Source: Verrucomicrobiota bacterium | Lineage (GTDB): Bacteria > Verrucomicrobiota > Verrucomicrobiia > Limisphaerales > AAA164-E04 | Length of the DNA stretch: 64,000 nt | Direction: 5' to 3' | NCBI GenBank assembly: GCA_047947115.1 | Contig: CP170459.1 | Location: forward strand, 544,001 to 608,000 | Shown here: positions 1 to 9,953 of the stretch, piece after piece | Numbering within the stretch: the stretch's first letter is position 1 | How the letters are laid out: every line of letters starts with the position of its first letter | The notes under the pieces: generated by a model | Databases searched by the model: none | What the model was told of the DNA's origin: nothing | The model's input: only the letters and a program-made list of their open reading frames with translations | Translations under genes and position numbers: made by a program

Positions 1-1059
1 TCGTAGGCTGCTGGCAAATTTCTTGATGGGTTCCAGACGTGAGCGCATAGCTCTGGTGCACCACTTGTTCAAATACCACTCAGCCCAATATGGGCTAGTG
101 TAATTCCAAAAGAACTCAAATGCTTCTTTGAGCAAAAATGCCCGAACACTTTTCAGATCATACTGGAGGACTTCCTCCAGCTTAATCTTTTGATTGGGCG
201 TGAGGTTCTCACGACGTTTGAGAAAGCAGTATTTGGTGTGTTTAAGCACTTCCTGGTATCCGTCCTGACGCATCTTACGCGCTTCGACCGCCCTGACTTC
301 ATTGATTGCTTTGTTCAGATTGGCTACGATATGGAAGCGATCCAACACGTGGAGGGCGTGTTCGAGTTTTTCCTTAATCACATTGAGATAAGGTTTCCAC
401 ATGTCCGAACAAACAAATTGAATGGACTCAAGTTGCTTTTGAGTGAGGATCTTAAAAAAATCCCGAAGGGATTGCTCGGTTCTCTCCTTGGTGACGCTTA
501 ACAATCGGCGCGTGCCTTGATCTATCTGGTAAACCACCGTCAGATACTTTTGCCCCTTTCCAAAATGCACCTCATCAACTCCGATGGCATTAATATCGTC
601 CAAACTCCTGTGCTTCAAGCCGTATTCAACAATGGAAGCAACGGACCGATACACCGATTGCCAACTGACTTCAAAGGTCTGGGCAACTTCTTTCCATGAA
701 AGTTTCCGAGCCCACTGTGCAAGGAAGTGTTCCATGACACAGGTTATCCGGCTTTTTCCTTTGGCCCAAGGAACCGATTCGATGACAACACCGTCATTGG
801 GGCAGTTAACTCTTCGCATCCGGTATTCAAGAAACACCGGCCACCCCCATAAGGGGATGAATCGAAACTTTCGTTTTCCAGGACGATGGTCATAGGTGGA
901 AGCACTACGATTGCACTTTGAACATACTGGGCGGCTGTTTTGCCGTGGTTCAACGCTTACGACAATAGCTTCGACTCCTTCAACTTCCTGGAAGCATGCT
1001 TGGCGATAGACAAAGGATTTGAATTTATGGCAACGATTGAGCAAGGTTTTCAACAGCAT
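1..1059 (-). CDS. ISL3-family DDE transposase (3'-truncated by window edge; not in ORF track)
   Basis: Hand translation from ATG 1059: MLLKTLLNRCHKF...CSKC (Zn finger)...AIGVDEVHFGKGQKYLTVVYQID...FVCSDMWKPYL...VLDRFHI...LKSVRAFLLKEAF...WCTRAMRSRLEPIKKFA. The segments checked are in one frame running to position 1. Confidence 0.92.
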   Translation of the reverse strand, partial: MLLKTLLNRCHKFKSFVYRQACFQEVEGVEAIVVSVEPRQNSRPVCSKCNRSASTYDHRPGKRKFRFIPLWGWPVFLEYRMRRVNCPNDGVVIESVPWAKGKSRITCVMEHFLAQWARKLSWKEVAQTFEVSWQSVYRSVASIVEYGLKHRSLDDINAIGVDEVHFGKGQKYLTVVYQIDQGTRRLLSVTKERTEQSLRDFFKILTQKQLESIQFVCSDMWKPYLNVIKEKLEHALHVLDRFHIVANLNKAINEVRAVEARKMRQDGYQEVLKHTKYCFLKRRENLTPNQKIKLEEVLQYDLKSVRAFLLKEAFEFFWNYTSPYWAEWYLNKWCTRAMRSRLEPIKKFASSLR

Positions 1060-1328
1060 CGGCACTCTTTGACGAGGTTTGTTTTGGCGACGCCATGTTG
1101 AGGAGATTGCCGATGCTTTTCGAATAAAAATCCTCTGGGTTTTTCTTGGAGAAAAACCACACCACCCGTAGGCCCTCTCGCGTCGTGGAAGTCCAGGAAA
1201 ACATCATATAAGTGCCGAAGGCCGACTCCGCGTCAGCGGGGGAGTTATGCTGATGTTTTACTGGACTGGAACAGAGCGATAGGGCATCCCGACGTGCTCA
1301 ATTTACCCACTCTTTTTTGAGAAGACCC
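1..1328 (-). mobile_element. ISL3-family insertion sequence (left end in window, right end beyond the window start)
   Basis: Minus strand from 1328 reads GGGTCTTCTCAAAAAAGAGTGGGTAAAT, resembling ISL3-type GG-starting terminal inverted repeats. It is followed by ~270 nt of non-coding end and an ISL3 transposase. The AT-rich flank AAAAATTG (1329-1336) is a candidate 8-bp target duplication. Confidence 0.8.
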
Positions 1329-1390
1329 AAAAATTGTTATCAGGTCGTCAGGAACAACCTAGAAAGGTTCGAGGTATGGATCAAATGCAA

Positions 1391-1422
1391 AAATGCCCGA
1401 CACCAATTGGCATCGGGCATTT
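1391..1422 (-). terminator. Probable intrinsic terminator of the kinase-sigma operon
   Basis: Perfect 10-bp inverted repeat AAATGCCCGA/TCGGGCATTT, ~30 nt after the sigma stop codon, with a T-rich tail on the minus strand. Confidence 0.55.
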
Positions 1423-1453
1423 CCGCGGAAACGATATGGAACAAAAAAATCTT

Positions 1454-2146
1454 TCAAGCCCCACAAACCGCAACTGCCTGGCAATCGCCGACCGATGCCC
1501 AGGCAGATGGAAACTCGATTACTGGCAAAGCCTCTTCGCGATTCAGTCGTTGAAGCGTTTTTTCGAGCCGTTTGCGAATGCGGAACATGCGAACTTTCAT
1601 GGCGGAAATGTTCCAGGCGGTTTCCTCTTGCGCCTGGTTGTAGGTAAATCCACGAAGACAGATCAAATCCACCAAAAGTCGATCGTCGGGATTCAGGGTT
1701 TCCAGCAATTTATCAACCAACTCCCGGGCGGCCCAGGATTGGGACGGCTCCAGCTCTTCGTCGCTGGTGGTCAGAGATTCGATAACGCGGGCTTCTTCTT
1801 CCCCCAGGTCTGCCAGACGCAATTCCTGATTGGCGCGCGCTTTGTGGTAGGCATTGGTGCACATGTTCACCGCCACCCGGCTGACCCAATGTTTCAACGG
1901 CACCTTGCCGGAGTATTGGCCCAGTTTTTGAAAGACCCTGATGAAAATATCCTGTGCAAGATCCTCCGCACACCCGCGCCGCGGCAACCGCGCCCGCACA
2001 ATCGACATGACTTGTGGATAGAGAAAATCAAGCAATAAACGGGAAGCATCTTCATTGCCTTCAATCGTTCCGCAAATCCATGCATCCACTTCGGGGGGGT
2101 TGACTTGTTTGGTGACGTTTTTTGAATCGGGTTTAATGGTTGTCAT
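1454..2146 (-). CDS. ECF-type RNA polymerase sigma-70 factor
   Basis: Region 2 ([16 protein letters not shown]...WVSRVAVN) and region 4 ([12 protein letters not shown]). 4-bp ATGA overlap with the upstream kinase. Confidence 0.9.
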   Translation of the reverse strand: MTTIKPDSKNVTKQVNPPEVDAWICGTIEGNEDASRLLLDFLYPQVMSIVRARLPRRGCAEDLAQDIFIRVFQKLGQYSGKVPLKHWVSRVAVNMCTNAYHKARANQELRLADLGEEEARVIESLTTSDEELEPSQSWAARELVDKLLETLNPDDRLLVDLICLRGFTYNQAQEETAWNISAMKVRMFRIRKRLEKTLQRLNREEALPVIEFPSAWASVGDCQAVAVCGA

Positions 2147-5100
2147 AAGGATTTTTCCTTTATTTGTTTTTTTGAAATCTCTTCATCGATCAGTTCCAGA
2201 CTGGGAACTTTAATGACCCAGGCATTGTCATTGCCGATGATAAATAGTTTTTGATTGTCCTTACCGAACTGAAGCCGATCGAGTCGTTCATTGGCACCTC
2301 CTTCAGGTTGAAACGACAGCATTTCGCGGCCTGTCTCCATGTGCCAGATTCGAACGGTTCCATCGGGGCTGTAAGTAGCGACAGATCTTCCATCGTGCGA
2401 AAAAGCGGCGGCGTGAATCCCCTGTTTATGTCCGGTCAATATATGCTCCACCTGGCCTGTAAGGGTGTTCCACACCAGGCCCCGTTTATCCCAACTGCCG
2501 GCAGCCATGACAAGAGCCCCATCCGAAGAGAAAGTCACAGATCGAGCAGCATAATTCATTCCGGTCAAAAGAGACACTTCGCGCCCCGCATCGAAATCCC
2601 AAACAGCAATGTCTGATCCCTCACCCTGACGAGACAAAGCAAGATATCGCCCATCCGGACTCGCTCCTAAAAATGATTCATATTCTTCCGGGATGCTGGC
2701 AGGCTCGTTACGGTTGTCGCGGACATTCCAAATTGAAAACCGATCATCGCGTTGGTATATCAAACGCTGGTTCGAGATGAATTCAGGGCCCGTCCGGGAA
2801 AACCCTCCCTGACGCTCATCCACCTGAAGGGTGGCTTCGAATTTACCTTCGATCATATCGTATAATTCGAATTCATCCTCCCCCACCCGACATGCTCCGT
2901 GTTGACCATCTGATGAGACGATATTTCGCCCCCATGAACGCCCGGCAGGCAGGAAGTAATCGATGTTGCCCTTTTCGAGTTCAGACAACAAGGCGGATGG
3001 AATCATCTCTGCGAGTCCCTGGAGTGAGGTAATTTTATTCGCCTGGCTTTCCTTTTGAACAAACTCGATACGCTCCATTTTTGGTTTGGCGCTCATCGCT
3101 CGCAAATCCCATAAATAAACTCTTCCATCTTTGCCACCTGAAGCAAAAGTTTGAGAATTTGGAGAGATCGCCAAAGAAAAAATTTCATCCAAATGCCCTT
3201 TAAAAGCTCCGATTTTTTTACCAGAAGATGCTTCCCACACATGAAGCAGATAATCCCATCCACCTGCTACCAGCCACTGTGCGTCGGGCGAAAATTCTGC
3301 GGCAAACAACATGCCGGGCTGAGATTGTTCCAATTCGATTTCACGTTCTTCAAACGGATTGAACAATCGAAGTTTCAGTTCAATGGCACTACGGCTGAAA
3401 GGATCGCTCATCCAAGCGACATACTGCATGCCATTTGCCACAGATATCAAATGAGTACGTGTAGAGGAAAGGAGGGGCCAATCCGCCAATTTCATCCCCG
3501 AAAGCGTATCAAAAATGGATATGCTCTCATCATTCCGCTCCTTCAAGGCCAACAAACGATCATCCTCTGAGAAGGCATAGCCTCTCACATGCTTTTCAGC
3601 AAAAGGGTGCGAGGAAACATCCAATGGGCGATCTCCTTCGTGCCCTATGTCGTATAAATGAAATCCCTGACCGTTATATGCGACGAATTTATCCGATTTC
3701 TCTTGTTCAATTAACGGAAAACCAACTTCTTTGAGACAGGCCTCCTGTTCCCACGTATCAGTGCGCCAAACAATCAATTTGGCACGTTTCATACTATTCC
3801 ATCTTCCACCTATCCTTCCGGCATACAAAAACCGGTTATCACTGGAAAATTTAACTCGCAAATTGGCCGGCCAGGATTCGAACTCAGCATCCAGCTGTGC
3901 AATCTGCATTCGGGTGCTGACATTCCATACTCCAACCTTTCCATCTGAAGCAAATCCGACCAACATTTCTCCATCTCTGGAGAACGACACAGCACCAACA
4001 GGTCGCGACAGATCTTCAAACACATAGAGTTGATCGCCTCGACACCTATCCCAGAGATACTGCCACTCAAAACCTCTCAAATCTTCAGCGTCGGCGTTCT
4101 CGGGAGTGTATTTCAGAAGCAATTCCCGACTTTTTGCGATATTGTCCGCCTCCAGAAACTGTTGAGCTTGATACATGTCGGAGGCATATAGATTCTGACG
4201 TAAGGCACGAGCTGAGGTAAGGGCAAAATTACGCTGTTCATTGGCATCCTGCTCCCTCAGTTCCGCCAGTTCCCTGGCATCTTTGGATTCCTGGGCATGC
4301 TGATCCGCGTTTTTCTGCGCAATGGTCGCTTTGAGCGCCAGCCATGTGCTGACCACTGAACCGACCGAGAGTAATAACAGAATAATGGCGGCAACGGAAA
4401 TGGCCGCCTTATTACGACGCGCAAATTTGCGGAACCGATACATCGAACTTGGCGCTGCCGCCTTGACCGGTTCGAAGTTCAAATAACGCTGAACATCCAG
4501 AGCCATTTCAGCCGCGGTTTCGTAACGTCGATTGCGATCCTTCTCCAGGGCCTTCATCACGATCCAATCCAGCTCGCCGCGCATCACTCGGTTCAATCTG
4601 GACGGTTCGGTATTGCGACGCTTGGCAATGGAGGTTAATTCCTCGACATTCATCGAGGTCAGTTGCGTGGAAGGGTAAATCGGTTCCTCATCCCGGATCC
4701 GACGGCGCATCTCATCGTAATCAGCCTTGGTCAGTTCCTTGGCATCCAGCGGTGTGCGCCCGGTCAACAATTCATAAAGCAACACACCCAGCGAATAAAT
4801 GTCCGTACGGGTATCGATATCCAATCCGCTCATCTGAGCCTGTTCAGGACTCATGTAGGCGGGCGTGCCCATGAATTGATGAAATTGGGTAAAGAGCGTC
4901 TTGTCTGTCAGACGCTGTTGGGTGGCCTTGGCGATACCGAAATCGATGATCTTGGGTACCGCCTTGTGATCGTGCATGGTCACCAGAATGTTGGAAGGCT
5001 TGATGTCCCGGTGAATCACACCCTTCTGATGCGCATGTTGAATGGCGCTGCAGACATCCATGAACAACATCAAGCGCTCATTGGTATTCAAGTTCTGCTG

Positions 5101-5628
5101 ATCACAGAACTCGGTAATCGGCACCCCCCGAACCAATTCCATGACGAAATAGGGACGCCCATTCTCGGTTGCCCCGGCATCCAAAACCTTAGCGATGTTG
5201 GGATGTTCCATCATCGCAAGCGCCTGACGTTCCGCCTCAAACCGGGCGATCACCTGTTTGGTATCCATCCCCAACTTGATGATTTTCAACGCCACACGGC
5301 GAATCACCGGCTTCTGCTGCTCAGCCATGTAAACCACGCCACAACCACCTTCACCGATGTTCTGCAACAGTTTATATGGCCCTATAATGGAACCTTCGCC
5401 TTCTCTTGGAGCGGGCTCTTCAGAAACCTTGGTCTGCTCCTGCGGGTCCATAGGAATAAAATCCGTCCCCTCCTGATGGGCTTCCAAGAGACGTTGAACC
5501 CGGCCAAGCAAGTCAGGGTCACCAACACAAGCGCGCTCAAGAAACCTCTGCTGCTCAAGAGGATTCAAGATCCCCTCAGCCTCCAGAAAGATTTCCTTCA
5601 CTTTTTTGCTTTGGTCGTTCATCGCCAT
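2143..5628 (-). CDS. Hanks-type Ser/Thr protein kinase with transmembrane helix and C-terminal WD40 repeats
   Basis: [45 protein letters not shown] segment [16 protein letters not shown]. Multiple GH...SPD...WD repeats. Start set at MAMNDQ (5628); the track extends to 5691. Confidence 0.95.
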   Translation of the reverse strand: MAMNDQSKKVKEIFLEAEGILNPLEQQRFLERACVGDPDLLGRVQRLLEAHQEGTDFIPMDPQEQTKVSEEPAPREGEGSIIGPYKLLQNIGEGGCGVVYMAEQQKPVIRRVALKIIKLGMDTKQVIARFEAERQALAMMEHPNIAKVLDAGATENGRPYFVMELVRGVPITEFCDQQNLNTNERLMLFMDVCSAIQHAHQKGVIHRDIKPSNILVTMHDHKAVPKIIDFGIAKATQQRLTDKTLFTQFHQFMGTPAYMSPEQAQMSGLDIDTRTDIYSLGVLLYELLTGRTPLDAKELTKADYDEMRRRIRDEEPIYPSTQLTSMNVEELTSIAKRRNTEPSRLNRVMRGELDWIVMKALEKDRNRRYETAAEMALDVQRYLNFEPVKAAAPSSMYRFRKFARRNKAAISVAAIILLLLSVGSVVSTWLALKATIAQKNADQHAQESKDARELAELREQDANEQRNFALTSARALRQNLYASDMYQAQQFLEADNIAKSRELLLKYTPENADAEDLRGFEWQYLWDRCRGDQLYVFEDLSRPVGAVSFSRDGEMLVGFASDGKVGVWNVSTRMQIAQLDAEFESWPANLRVKFSSDNRFLYAGRIGGRWNSMKRAKLIVWRTDTWEQEACLKEVGFPLIEQEKSDKFVAYNGQGFHLYDIGHEGDRPLDVSSHPFAEKHVRGYAFSEDDRLLALKERNDESISIFDTLSGMKLADWPLLSSTRTHLISVANGMQYVAWMSDPFSRSAIELKLRLFNPFEEREIELEQSQPGMLFAAEFSPDAQWLVAGGWDYLLHVWEASSGKKIGAFKGHLDEIFSLAISPNSQTFASGGKDGRVYLWDLRAMSAKPKMERIEFVQKESQANKITSLQGLAEMIPSALLSELEKGNIDYFLPAGRSWGRNIVSSDGQHGACRVGEDEFELYDMIEGKFEATLQVDERQGGFSRTGPEFISNQRLIYQRDDRFSIWNVRDNRNEPASIPEEYESFLGASPDGRYLALSRQGEGSDIAVWDFDAGREVSLLTGMNYAARSVTFSSDGALVMAAGSWDKRGLVWNTLTGQVEHILTGHKQGIHAAAFSHDGRSVATYSPDGTVRIWHMETGREMLSFQPEGGANERLDRLQFGKDNQKLFIIGNDNAWVIKVPSLELIDEEISKKQIKEKSL

Positions 5629-5945
5629 ATAAAATGCGCCCCAACACACATACATGCGACGAAAGAAATCGAATTGGGCCAAATTAGTCAAAAAAACTTC
5701 ATTATGATCCCCAATTACCCTTGAAATTGCTGCATCTCAATACCACTTGCTCGAGGACAAGGCTACCCAAGGCCTGAACATAGTGGACAGTTTGGCCAGG
5801 TTTCACTAGTTTCGGGGACCATGCTAACACCAGTCACACCACTCCAATCTCCTGTCGGATGGAGCCATTTCGCATTTCTGAATTGGCTCAATGTAACAGT
5901 CATGCTGATTTCGGAAATTCGATCCATTTAGAATCATCCATTACC

Positions 5946-6524
5946 ATGAAGCATTGTAATCAAAAACGCTGTATCTGGCCTGGAACGGATGATCTTATGC
6001 TGGCATATCATGATCAGGAGTGGGGCGTGCCGGTTCATGACGATTTGAAATGGTTCGAGTTCATCGTACTGGACGCCTTTCAGGCGGGACTTTCCTGGCG
6101 CACGGTGCTGCATAAACGCGAGGCATTCCGCAAGGTATTCAAAGGGTTTGATCCGAATAAAGTGGCACGTTTATCGGAAGTTGAGATGGAAGCGGCGCAA
6201 AACAATCCAGCCATCATCCGCAATCGACTCAAGATTCGTGCAACGGTTAAAAACGCATCCGCATTTCTGAAACTACAGGAAAACCACGGCACCTTCGACG
6301 CCTTCATATGGCAATTCACGGAAGGTAAACCAATCGAAAACCGCTGGAAAACCATGCAAGACATCCCGGCCTCCACCCCTCTCTCCGACCAGGTGAGCAA
6401 GGCCCTCAAAGCGGATGGATTTTCCTTTGTCGGCAGCACCATCGTGTATTCTTTCCTGCAGGCGGGAGGTATTGTAAACGATCACATAGTGAGTTGTTTT
6501 CGTCACCAGGAGTTGCTAGCCTAA
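5946..6524 (+). CDS. tag: DNA-3-methyladenine glycosylase I
   Basis: RCxW...YHDQEWGVP, FQAGLSW, IIRNRLKI, GF.FVG.T..YSFLQA.G.VNDH...C. Start moved to the ATG at 5946. Confidence 0.93.
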   Translation: MKHCNQKRCIWPGTDDLMLAYHDQEWGVPVHDDLKWFEFIVLDAFQAGLSWRTVLHKREAFRKVFKGFDPNKVARLSEVEMEAAQNNPAIIRNRLKIRATVKNASAFLKLQENHGTFDAFIWQFTEGKPIENRWKTMQDIPASTPLSDQVSKALKADGFSFVGSTIVYSFLQAGGIVNDHIVSCFRHQELLA

Positions 6525-6528
6525 CGGC

Positions 6529-8457
6529 ATGCAATTGTTCAGGCAGCATTTGATTCATTTGGCAATCGTAATTGCTTTCATGGTGGAAAGCATCGTTTGC
6601 GCACAACTGGAGCCCATTTTCATCCCCTCGAAATTCAACATGTCCCGCCGGGTGACCAAGTCTTCTCCGGGTTGGTTGATCCGACTTCACCAGGCAAATG
6701 AGACACTTGAAGACACCTTCGCAGAACGCGAAAACGTCCTGGCCGGAACGCGTCCCGATTCTCTGGGTTTCCCCTTGGAGAATTTTGCCATGGATACTTC
6801 AGCCACCATCACGGATTGGATCCATGGGCACACGTTCGCTTTGGATGTACCGGTAAACCTGAACGCAGGTAACAATGCCATCGGGGTGTCAGACAACGAA
6901 TCCGCCATTCCGGGAATTCCGGGGTTCGAGGGGAGCACCCGATATATCACTTCGGAAATCCGACTGGTGCTGGAAGTGCCGCGTGCCGGCCTATATCGTT
7001 TTGGATTGCATGCGAGCGGCGGACTACATGTGGTAACTGGCAATGTGTATGATTCTTTTGATGCAGTGGAGTTAGTCTCTTTTGAAGGGGATCGTGCGGC
7101 AGAAACGGTGCGGTTTGATCTCGAATTCGAACGTAATGGCCTCTATGAATTTCGGGTCCTTTGGTTCAATGCCGAGGAAAACCCCAGTTTGGAATGGTGG
7201 ACCCTGAATGAAGAGGACACCCCCATTCTCCTCAATTCGGAAAATGGATTAAAAACCTACCCGGACATTCCGGAACCCCTGACCAGCATTACGAAGGTCA
7301 CGCCTGAGCATGGGGCCACCGGTGTGCTGCTTGATCAGGATGTGGTGACATTGCAATTGCATCTCGATGACGCAGGTATCGCCACGGAATCGATACAGGC
7401 CACCCTCCAAGGCGAGCCCGCCCCACACGAAGTATCGGCAGCAGACACCGAAATGACGATCGAGATCAGCCTTCCAGAATTAAGTCCCTTCACAGAGTAT
7501 GACTGGACCCTGAGCTTTGAGACCGGGAATGAATTGAGGGAAATAGCGGGTCGTTTCACCACCACGGTATTTGGAGCGCCAGGAGCTTTGTTTATCGAAG
7601 CGGAAGATTTTGATTTCAACCATGGCAACTGGGATCAGGTCAATCCGATTGGTATGACAGGCCCTTACCCCGGCGGAGCTTATCGCAATCGCGGCAACGG
7701 ACATGGCATCAGCGAGCCGGACGGCATCTCGGATCTGGGCATTGATTACCTCGCGGATCCAAGCAGCAACGACGATCCCTTTAACGGGTATCGTGCTGGC
7801 ACTGGAGTCTCGACCGTATCCTTGAACAGACGTTCAGAAGACATTTACCGCGGAGATTTCAATGTGTTGACAAACCATGCCGTGACGGATCAGCAGGAAG
7901 GCGAGTGGTTGAATTTCACGCGCCTTTTCCCCATGGCGGACGACGGAGCCAAAACATTTTATCATGTTTTTGTCCGGATAGCATCGGCCGATGCGCCTTT
8001 GGGGCTTGCTCTGGACCAGGTGATTTCCGGACAGAATACCGTTGAACAGGAAACCGAAAAAGTGGCTGAGCTCATATCCGAAACAGGCACAGACAGCCAG
8101 GACTCCTTTGAGATCAGTCCCCTGTTTGCCGTCAGCAAGGAGGGATCCGAAGTGGAGCCCGGCACATTGGCTGTTGTGGAGCTCGGGGGAGAAGAGACTT
8201 TGCGAATCACCTCGTTGGAAGGAACCAGACAGAACATTGACTATCTGTTATTGATTCCAGCCACCCAAAGCCCGAACACCAAGGAGCCGGGGGCCATTCT
8301 TGGAGTGAGCCGAACGAATGATCAACTGACCATCGAATTCACCGGCACGCTTCTTAGCGCGGATTCGGTGAATGGCGACTATCAACCGGTTGAAAATGCC
8401 ACCTCGCCGTTTACTTTCACACCGGATCAAAGCCAGGCCTTTTTCGTCGCTGAATAA
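6529..8457 (+). CDS. Secreted acidic multidomain protein (PA14-like, Ig-like and CBM6-like modules)
   Basis: Signal peptide. GLYRFGLHASGG..GLYEFRVLWF (PA14-like); FIEAEDFD...GEWLNFTR...NIDYLLL (CBM6/35-like). Short beta-rich C-terminal tail. Confidence 0.6.
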   Translation: MQLFRQHLIHLAIVIAFMVESIVCAQLEPIFIPSKFNMSRRVTKSSPGWLIRLHQANETLEDTFAERENVLAGTRPDSLGFPLENFAMDTSATITDWIHGHTFALDVPVNLNAGNNAIGVSDNESAIPGIPGFEGSTRYITSEIRLVLEVPRAGLYRFGLHASGGLHVVTGNVYDSFDAVELVSFEGDRAAETVRFDLEFERNGLYEFRVLWFNAEENPSLEWWTLNEEDTPILLNSENGLKTYPDIPEPLTSITKVTPEHGATGVLLDQDVVTLQLHLDDAGIATESIQATLQGEPAPHEVSAADTEMTIEISLPELSPFTEYDWTLSFETGNELREIAGRFTTTVFGAPGALFIEAEDFDFNHGNWDQVNPIGMTGPYPGGAYRNRGNGHGISEPDGISDLGIDYLADPSSNDDPFNGYRAGTGVSTVSLNRRSEDIYRGDFNVLTNHAVTDQQEGEWLNFTRLFPMADDGAKTFYHVFVRIASADAPLGLALDQVISGQNTVEQETEKVAELISETGTDSQDSFEISPLFAVSKEGSEVEPGTLAVVELGGEETLRITSLEGTRQNIDYLLLIPATQSPNTKEPGAILGVSRTNDQLTIEFTGTLLSADSVNGDYQPVENATSPFTFTPDQSQAFFVAE

Positions 8458-8568
8458 AGTTGCGCGGTATTGCTTGTGAAGTAACCGTTATGATCAACCA
8501 CGCCCAAGGAGGACATCCCTTGCGAAAAATTAGATCGAACCATTCCTGATTTCATGTAAGGTGCTGTC

Positions 8569-9933
8569 ATGGCTAAATTGAGAAATCTCCAACGGTTCGC
8601 CCCATTTGTCTGGGCGATTATCTGCTGGGCGCACCTGAATGCCACCGCTGAAAAGCTTCCCAACATGCTGGTCATTCTGGTGGACGATCTGGGTTATGCG
8701 GATCTCTCAAGCTATGGAGCCACAGACCTGCAAACCCCGAACATCGATTCACTCGTACAGTCCGGACTACGTTGGGACAGATTTTACGCCAATTGCCCGG
8801 TCTGTTCACCTACACGCGCAGCTTTGTTGAGTGGACGTTATCCCGATTTGGTCGGCGTGCCCGGAGTGATCCGCACACATGCCAAGGACAATTGGGGTTA
8901 CTTGGATCCAAAAGCCACATTGCTCCCTCAAATGTTGAGGAAAGCCGGATACCATACCGCCCTTGTCGGCAAATGGCATTTGGGATTGGAATCCCCAAAC
9001 ACTCCAACCGAACGAGGATTTGATTTCTTCCATGGATTCCTCGGAGACATGATGGATGATTACTACCATCACCGGAGACACGGCCAACACTACATGCGAC
9101 GCAACAAAGAGCCCATTCACCCGGAAGGCCATGCCACGGATCTCTTTACCCACTGGGCTTCGGAATACATCCTCGACCAGGCAAATACTGAAATCCCTTT
9201 CTTTCTCTACCTGGCTTACAACGCCCCCCACACACCGATACAACCACCGGATGCCTGGTATCAACGCGTCAAGGCAAGAGAACCCGGCATCACGGATCGG
9301 CGCGCAAAATTGGTGGCATTGATTGAACATCTTGATGCCGGCATCGGCGAAGTAGTCGACACCTTGAAACAATCCGGTCAGCTCGAAAATACACTCATCA
9401 TTTTTACCAGCGACAATGGAGGTCAACTCAATGTGGGAGCGCAATGTGGGTCACACCGTGGCGGCAAACAGGACATGTACGAAGGTGGCATCATCGTTCC
9501 GGCATGCGCCGCATGGCCGGGTGTGATCGCCCCCGGCAGCCGCACCGACCAATTGAGCATGACCATGGATATCTTTCCAACCCTGTGCGAGGTCGCAGGC
9601 ATCCCGGTCACACATACCATTGAAGGGGAGTCCTTCCTGGGGCTAATGAAAGGAGACCGGCTACCCCACCGCACACGCGATATGATCTGGGTGCGGCGTG
9701 AAGGCAACATGCGTTACCAGGGACGTGACTATTACGCCTTTCGCAGAGGGGATTGGAAACTGGTGCAGAACTCACCATTCGAACCCTATTCCCTTTACAA
9801 CTTGCAGCAGGACCCTATGGAGACCACCGATGTTTCCCAAAAGAACCAGTCGATACAACGTATGTTGACTCGAGCCTTGATGGACCATGTCCAGGAAGCT
9901 GGATTCATCTCCTGGCAGGGTCCTGGGGAATAA
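8569..9933 (+). CDS. Sulfatase (S1 family, Cys-type)
   Basis: PN..VILVDDLGY, CSPTRAALLSGRY, GKWHLG, FTSDNG, YEGG; signal peptide. Confidence 0.95.
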   Translation: MAKLRNLQRFAPFVWAIICWAHLNATAEKLPNMLVILVDDLGYADLSSYGATDLQTPNIDSLVQSGLRWDRFYANCPVCSPTRAALLSGRYPDLVGVPGVIRTHAKDNWGYLDPKATLLPQMLRKAGYHTALVGKWHLGLESPNTPTERGFDFFHGFLGDMMDDYYHHRRHGQHYMRRNKEPIHPEGHATDLFTHWASEYILDQANTEIPFFLYLAYNAPHTPIQPPDAWYQRVKAREPGITDRRAKLVALIEHLDAGIGEVVDTLKQSGQLENTLIIFTSDNGGQLNVGAQCGSHRGGKQDMYEGGIIVPACAAWPGVIAPGSRTDQLSMTMDIFPTLCEVAGIPVTHTIEGESFLGLMKGDRLPHRTRDMIWVRREGNMRYQGRDYYAFRRGDWKLVQNSPFEPYSLYNLQQDPMETTDVSQKNQSIQRMLTRALMDHVQEAGFISWQGPGE

Positions 9934-9953
9934 CCCCTACAACAACCACTCCA

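Noticed and set aside
190..953. Short track ORFs 190-501, 517-699, 584-895 and 744-953
   Set aside because: They are shadow or alternate frames of the ISL3 transposase, which occupies 1-1059 on the minus strand.
4663..5724. Long antisense ORFs (4663-5724, also 37852-38769, 39824-40813, 40980-41885, 47550-48446)
   Set aside because: They lie opposite well-supported genes and show no motifs; such ORFs are expected from codon bias in moderately GC-rich DNA.
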